Shown here: positions 36,708 to 38,504 of the stretch, one piece after another
How positions within the stretch are numbered: position 1 is the first letter of the stretch
Layout: every line of letters starts with the position of its first letter
Source: Myxococcota bacterium
GTDB lineage: Bacteria > Myxococcota > Myxococcia > Myxococcales > Myxococcaceae
Length of the DNA stretch: 38,504 nt
Assembly: GCA_049322255.1 (NCBI GenBank)
Contig: JBMORE010000011.1
Span: 1-38,504, forward strand
Direction of reading: 5' to 3'
The notes under the pieces: generated by a model
The model's database searches: none
The model's input: the letters and a program-made list of their open reading frames with translations, nothing else
What the model was told of the DNA's origin: nothing
Made by a program: the position numbers and the translations under genes

Positions 36708-36731
36708 CTACACGAAGTGCTACACATGTAG
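36708..36731. promoter_or_regulatory. Probable VapBC autoregulatory operator
   Basis: CTACAC direct repeat (36708, 36720) and inverted repeat CTACA-ca-TGTAG (36720-36731), 10-33 bp upstream of the vapB start in an AT-rich patch. Confidence 0.55.
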
Positions 36732-36777
36732 TAAGATTCTTGAACAAACGCAAGGGATGGTCTCTCTGGCCGACCTG

Positions 36778-36996
36778 ATGCCCAACGGCGACTTCGAACG
36801 AATCTTCGCAGCTCTTGCGAACGAGAAGGTCCGATACCTGGTGGTTGGAGGGGTGGCCGCGATCGAATTCGCTGACGCCGCCACCCGAGAGCGGTGGGTG
36901 ACGGAGAAGGGGCTCACGGTGTTCTCTTTGGTTAGGACGAGGAGGACATCCGAGCTAGAGGCCATCGCTCGGCTGGAGGCAGAAGATGCCGAGTGA
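36778..36996 (+). pseudogene. Internally deleted nucleotidyltransferase-family gene
   Basis: FERIFAALANEKVRYLVVGGVA is followed directly by FADAATRERWVTEKGLTVFSL and then ELEAIARLE; the LHG..R.T.DxD catalytic segment and most of the C-half are missing. Confidence 0.65.
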
Positions 36997-37168
36997 ACGG
37001 CCGCCTTCGCCGTGGGACACCCACCGTGACGACCAGCGGCGCGCGTGGCTCGAGTTGTCCCCTGAGCAGCGTCTCCGGCTCGTCGAACAGCTCAAGGCGT
37101 TCTGTGGAAAGTACTTGGGCGCGGCCCGACGCAGGCACGCTACGGTACCGCGCTCTCGAGAGCCTTGA
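36986..37168 (+). CDS. Small hypothetical protein, probable partner of the NTase remnant
   Basis: GGAGG RBS; overlaps the upstream ORF; W..H...Q...WL.LSPEQRL..VE.L pattern typical of small NTase-associated proteins. Confidence 0.55.
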   Translation: MPSERPPSPWDTHRDDQRRAWLELSPEQRLRLVEQLKAFCGKYLGAARRRHATVPRSREP

Positions 37169-37288
37169 CGCAGAGCGCAAGGTTTCGCACGTGGTACCCG
37201 AGGGTCGGACGCGAAAGAAACTTTACATCACACCTGGTCGATAACCTCATCAAGGCGGGCAAAGCGTGCCGCGGCCAGGAGGCTGATC

Positions 37289-37696
37289 ATGGCGATTTCG
37301 AATTGGGTGAAACGGACCGTTGCAGAGTCGGAGCGGCGTCGGGCGCAGACGCCGGTGGGGTGGGCGACCGATGACCAAGGAGGACCCGCGGTACCCTTCC
37401 GGTGGGGCCGCGCTTTGCGCAAGCTGCCTCGCGAGACCCGTCAGGCGGCGGCCAATCGGCAGCTGAACAACGCCCGCAACGACCTCTGGGAGGCCTCGCA
37501 CCTCGATTTGACCGCGACCATTTTGGACATCGAATCGCGCGCCGTGCGGCCAGGAGAAGGTCCCGTGGGCAAGGCCGCCGCCGTGGGTTTTGCCGCGGTG
37601 ACGGGTGGCGTGGCCGATACGTTTCAGGTCGTCTGGCGTACCCTTACTGCCGGGGTGCGCGGAACGGCCGCGCTGTACCACAAGGCGCTGGGCTGA
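37289..37696 (+). CDS. Hypothetical protein
   Basis: AGGAGG RBS, ATG start, 135 aa, converges on ppk2. Confidence 0.6.
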   Translation: MAISNWVKRTVAESERRRAQTPVGWATDDQGGPAVPFRWGRALRKLPRETRQAAANRQLNNARNDLWEASHLDLTATILDIESRAVRPGEGPVGKAAAVGFAAVTGGVADTFQVVWRTLTAGVRGTAALYHKALG

Positions 37697-37709
37697 CGTC
37701 CGCGGCGGG

Positions 37710-38504
37710 TTACGCCACCGCCTGCTTCAGCACTTTCACGCAGGTGCGCAGGATTTCTAGCCGCGCGTGGCGCTTGTCGTTGCCGGCGATGAGGTGCCAG
37801 GACGCGTCGGGGCGGTGGGTGCGGTCGAGCATCTCCTGAAGGGCAAGCTCGTAGTCGGCCCACCTCTTTCGGTTGCGCCAGTCCTCGGGGCCGATTTTGA
37901 AGCTCTTCACCGGGTCTGCCTCGCGCGCCTTGAAGCGCTCAAGCTGGGTGTCTTGGTCGATGTGGATGAAGAACTTGGCCAGGGTGACGCCGTCGCTGGT
38001 GAGCATCGTCTCGAAGGCGTTGATTTCGTCGTAGGCGCGGCTCCAGGCGGCGCGGTCGGCGAAGCCTTCGACGCGCTCCACCAGCACCCGGCCGTACCAG
38101 CTGCGATCGAAGATGGCGATTTCTCCCTGGTCGGGCAGCCGCATCACGAAGCGCCACAACCACTGCTGGCGTGCCTCGGCATCCCGGGGCGCGGCGATCG
38201 GCCACACCTTGTAACCGCGCGGATCCATCTGCGCGGTGAGCCGCTTGATGGCGCCGCCTTTCCCCGCCGCGTCCCATCCCTCGAACACCAGGACGGCCTT
38301 GCGCTTCTTCACGAAGGTCTGCACTTGGAGCGCGAAGAGCTTCTTCTGCAGCTTCTCCAGCTCTTTCTCGTACGCCTTCTTCTCGACCTTCGCCCCGAGG
38401 TCGACCTGCGAGAGCTTCAGGCTGCCGGGCGGGTGGAGCTTGAAGAAGAAGGCCTCGGGAGTGTCGTCGGCGGGCTTGTCTTGCGCGGGTTTCTTCTTGG
38501 CCAT
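37710..38504 (-). CDS. ppk2: Polyphosphate kinase 2 family protein (single domain)
   Basis: FEGWDAAGKGGAIKR, FDRSWYGRVLVERVEG, EINAFE, KFFIHI, DKRHARL. Confidence 0.93.
   Translation of the reverse strand: MAKKKPAQDKPADDTPEAFFFKLHPPGSLKLSQVDLGAKVEKKAYEKELEKLQKKLFALQVQTFVKKRKAVLVFEGWDAAGKGGAIKRLTAQMDPRGYKVWPIAAPRDAEARQQWLWRFVMRLPDQGEIAIFDRSWYGRVLVERVEGFADRAAWSRAYDEINAFETMLTSDGVTLAKFFIHIDQDTQLERFKAREADPVKSFKIGPEDWRNRKRWADYELALQEMLDRTHRPDASWHLIAGNDKRHARLEILRTCVKVLKQAVA

Noticed and set aside
36050..37300. IS element or prophage remnant explaining the AT-richer patch
   Set aside because: No transposase, integrase, terminal inverted repeats or target duplication could be identified.

Overview
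High-GC bacterial DNA whose gene content and style (Cys-rich lipoproteins, CglB-like vWA protein, CpaF with a Pro-rich tail) point to Myxococcota; the taxon is inferred, not proven. About 40 densely packed CDSs; no rRNA, tRNA, CRISPR array, integrase or transposase was seen. Housekeeping genes (dnaJ, gyrA, a cardiolipin synthase, an MsbA-like ABC exporter, an LpoA-like lipoprotein, PPK2) alternate with accessory blocks. (1) 1-1851: Cys-rich bufferin(BufA2)-like precursor end, dihaem c-type lipoprotein, ECF sigma and NrsF-like anti-sigma. (2) 13.5-19.6 kb: HPF-CSD fusion, porin plus small binding protein, orphan histidine kinase, CBS protein, PRTase and an archaeal-type SAM synthetase. (3) 23.5-28.1 kb, the best candidate for an undescribed system: a PhcB-like (KPRGYAGD) SAM methyltransferase arranged as an apparent operon with a membrane-sensor PP2C phosphatase and two paralogous SiaB-like kinase / SiaC-like switch pairs. 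This suggests a possible quorum-sensing-type signal synthase wired to partner-switching rather than to a two-component system. (4) Toxin-antitoxin modules on both sides of gyrA: MntA-HepT, VapBC and an internally deleted nucleotidyltransferase. All family calls come from motif recognition by eye; no database search was run.
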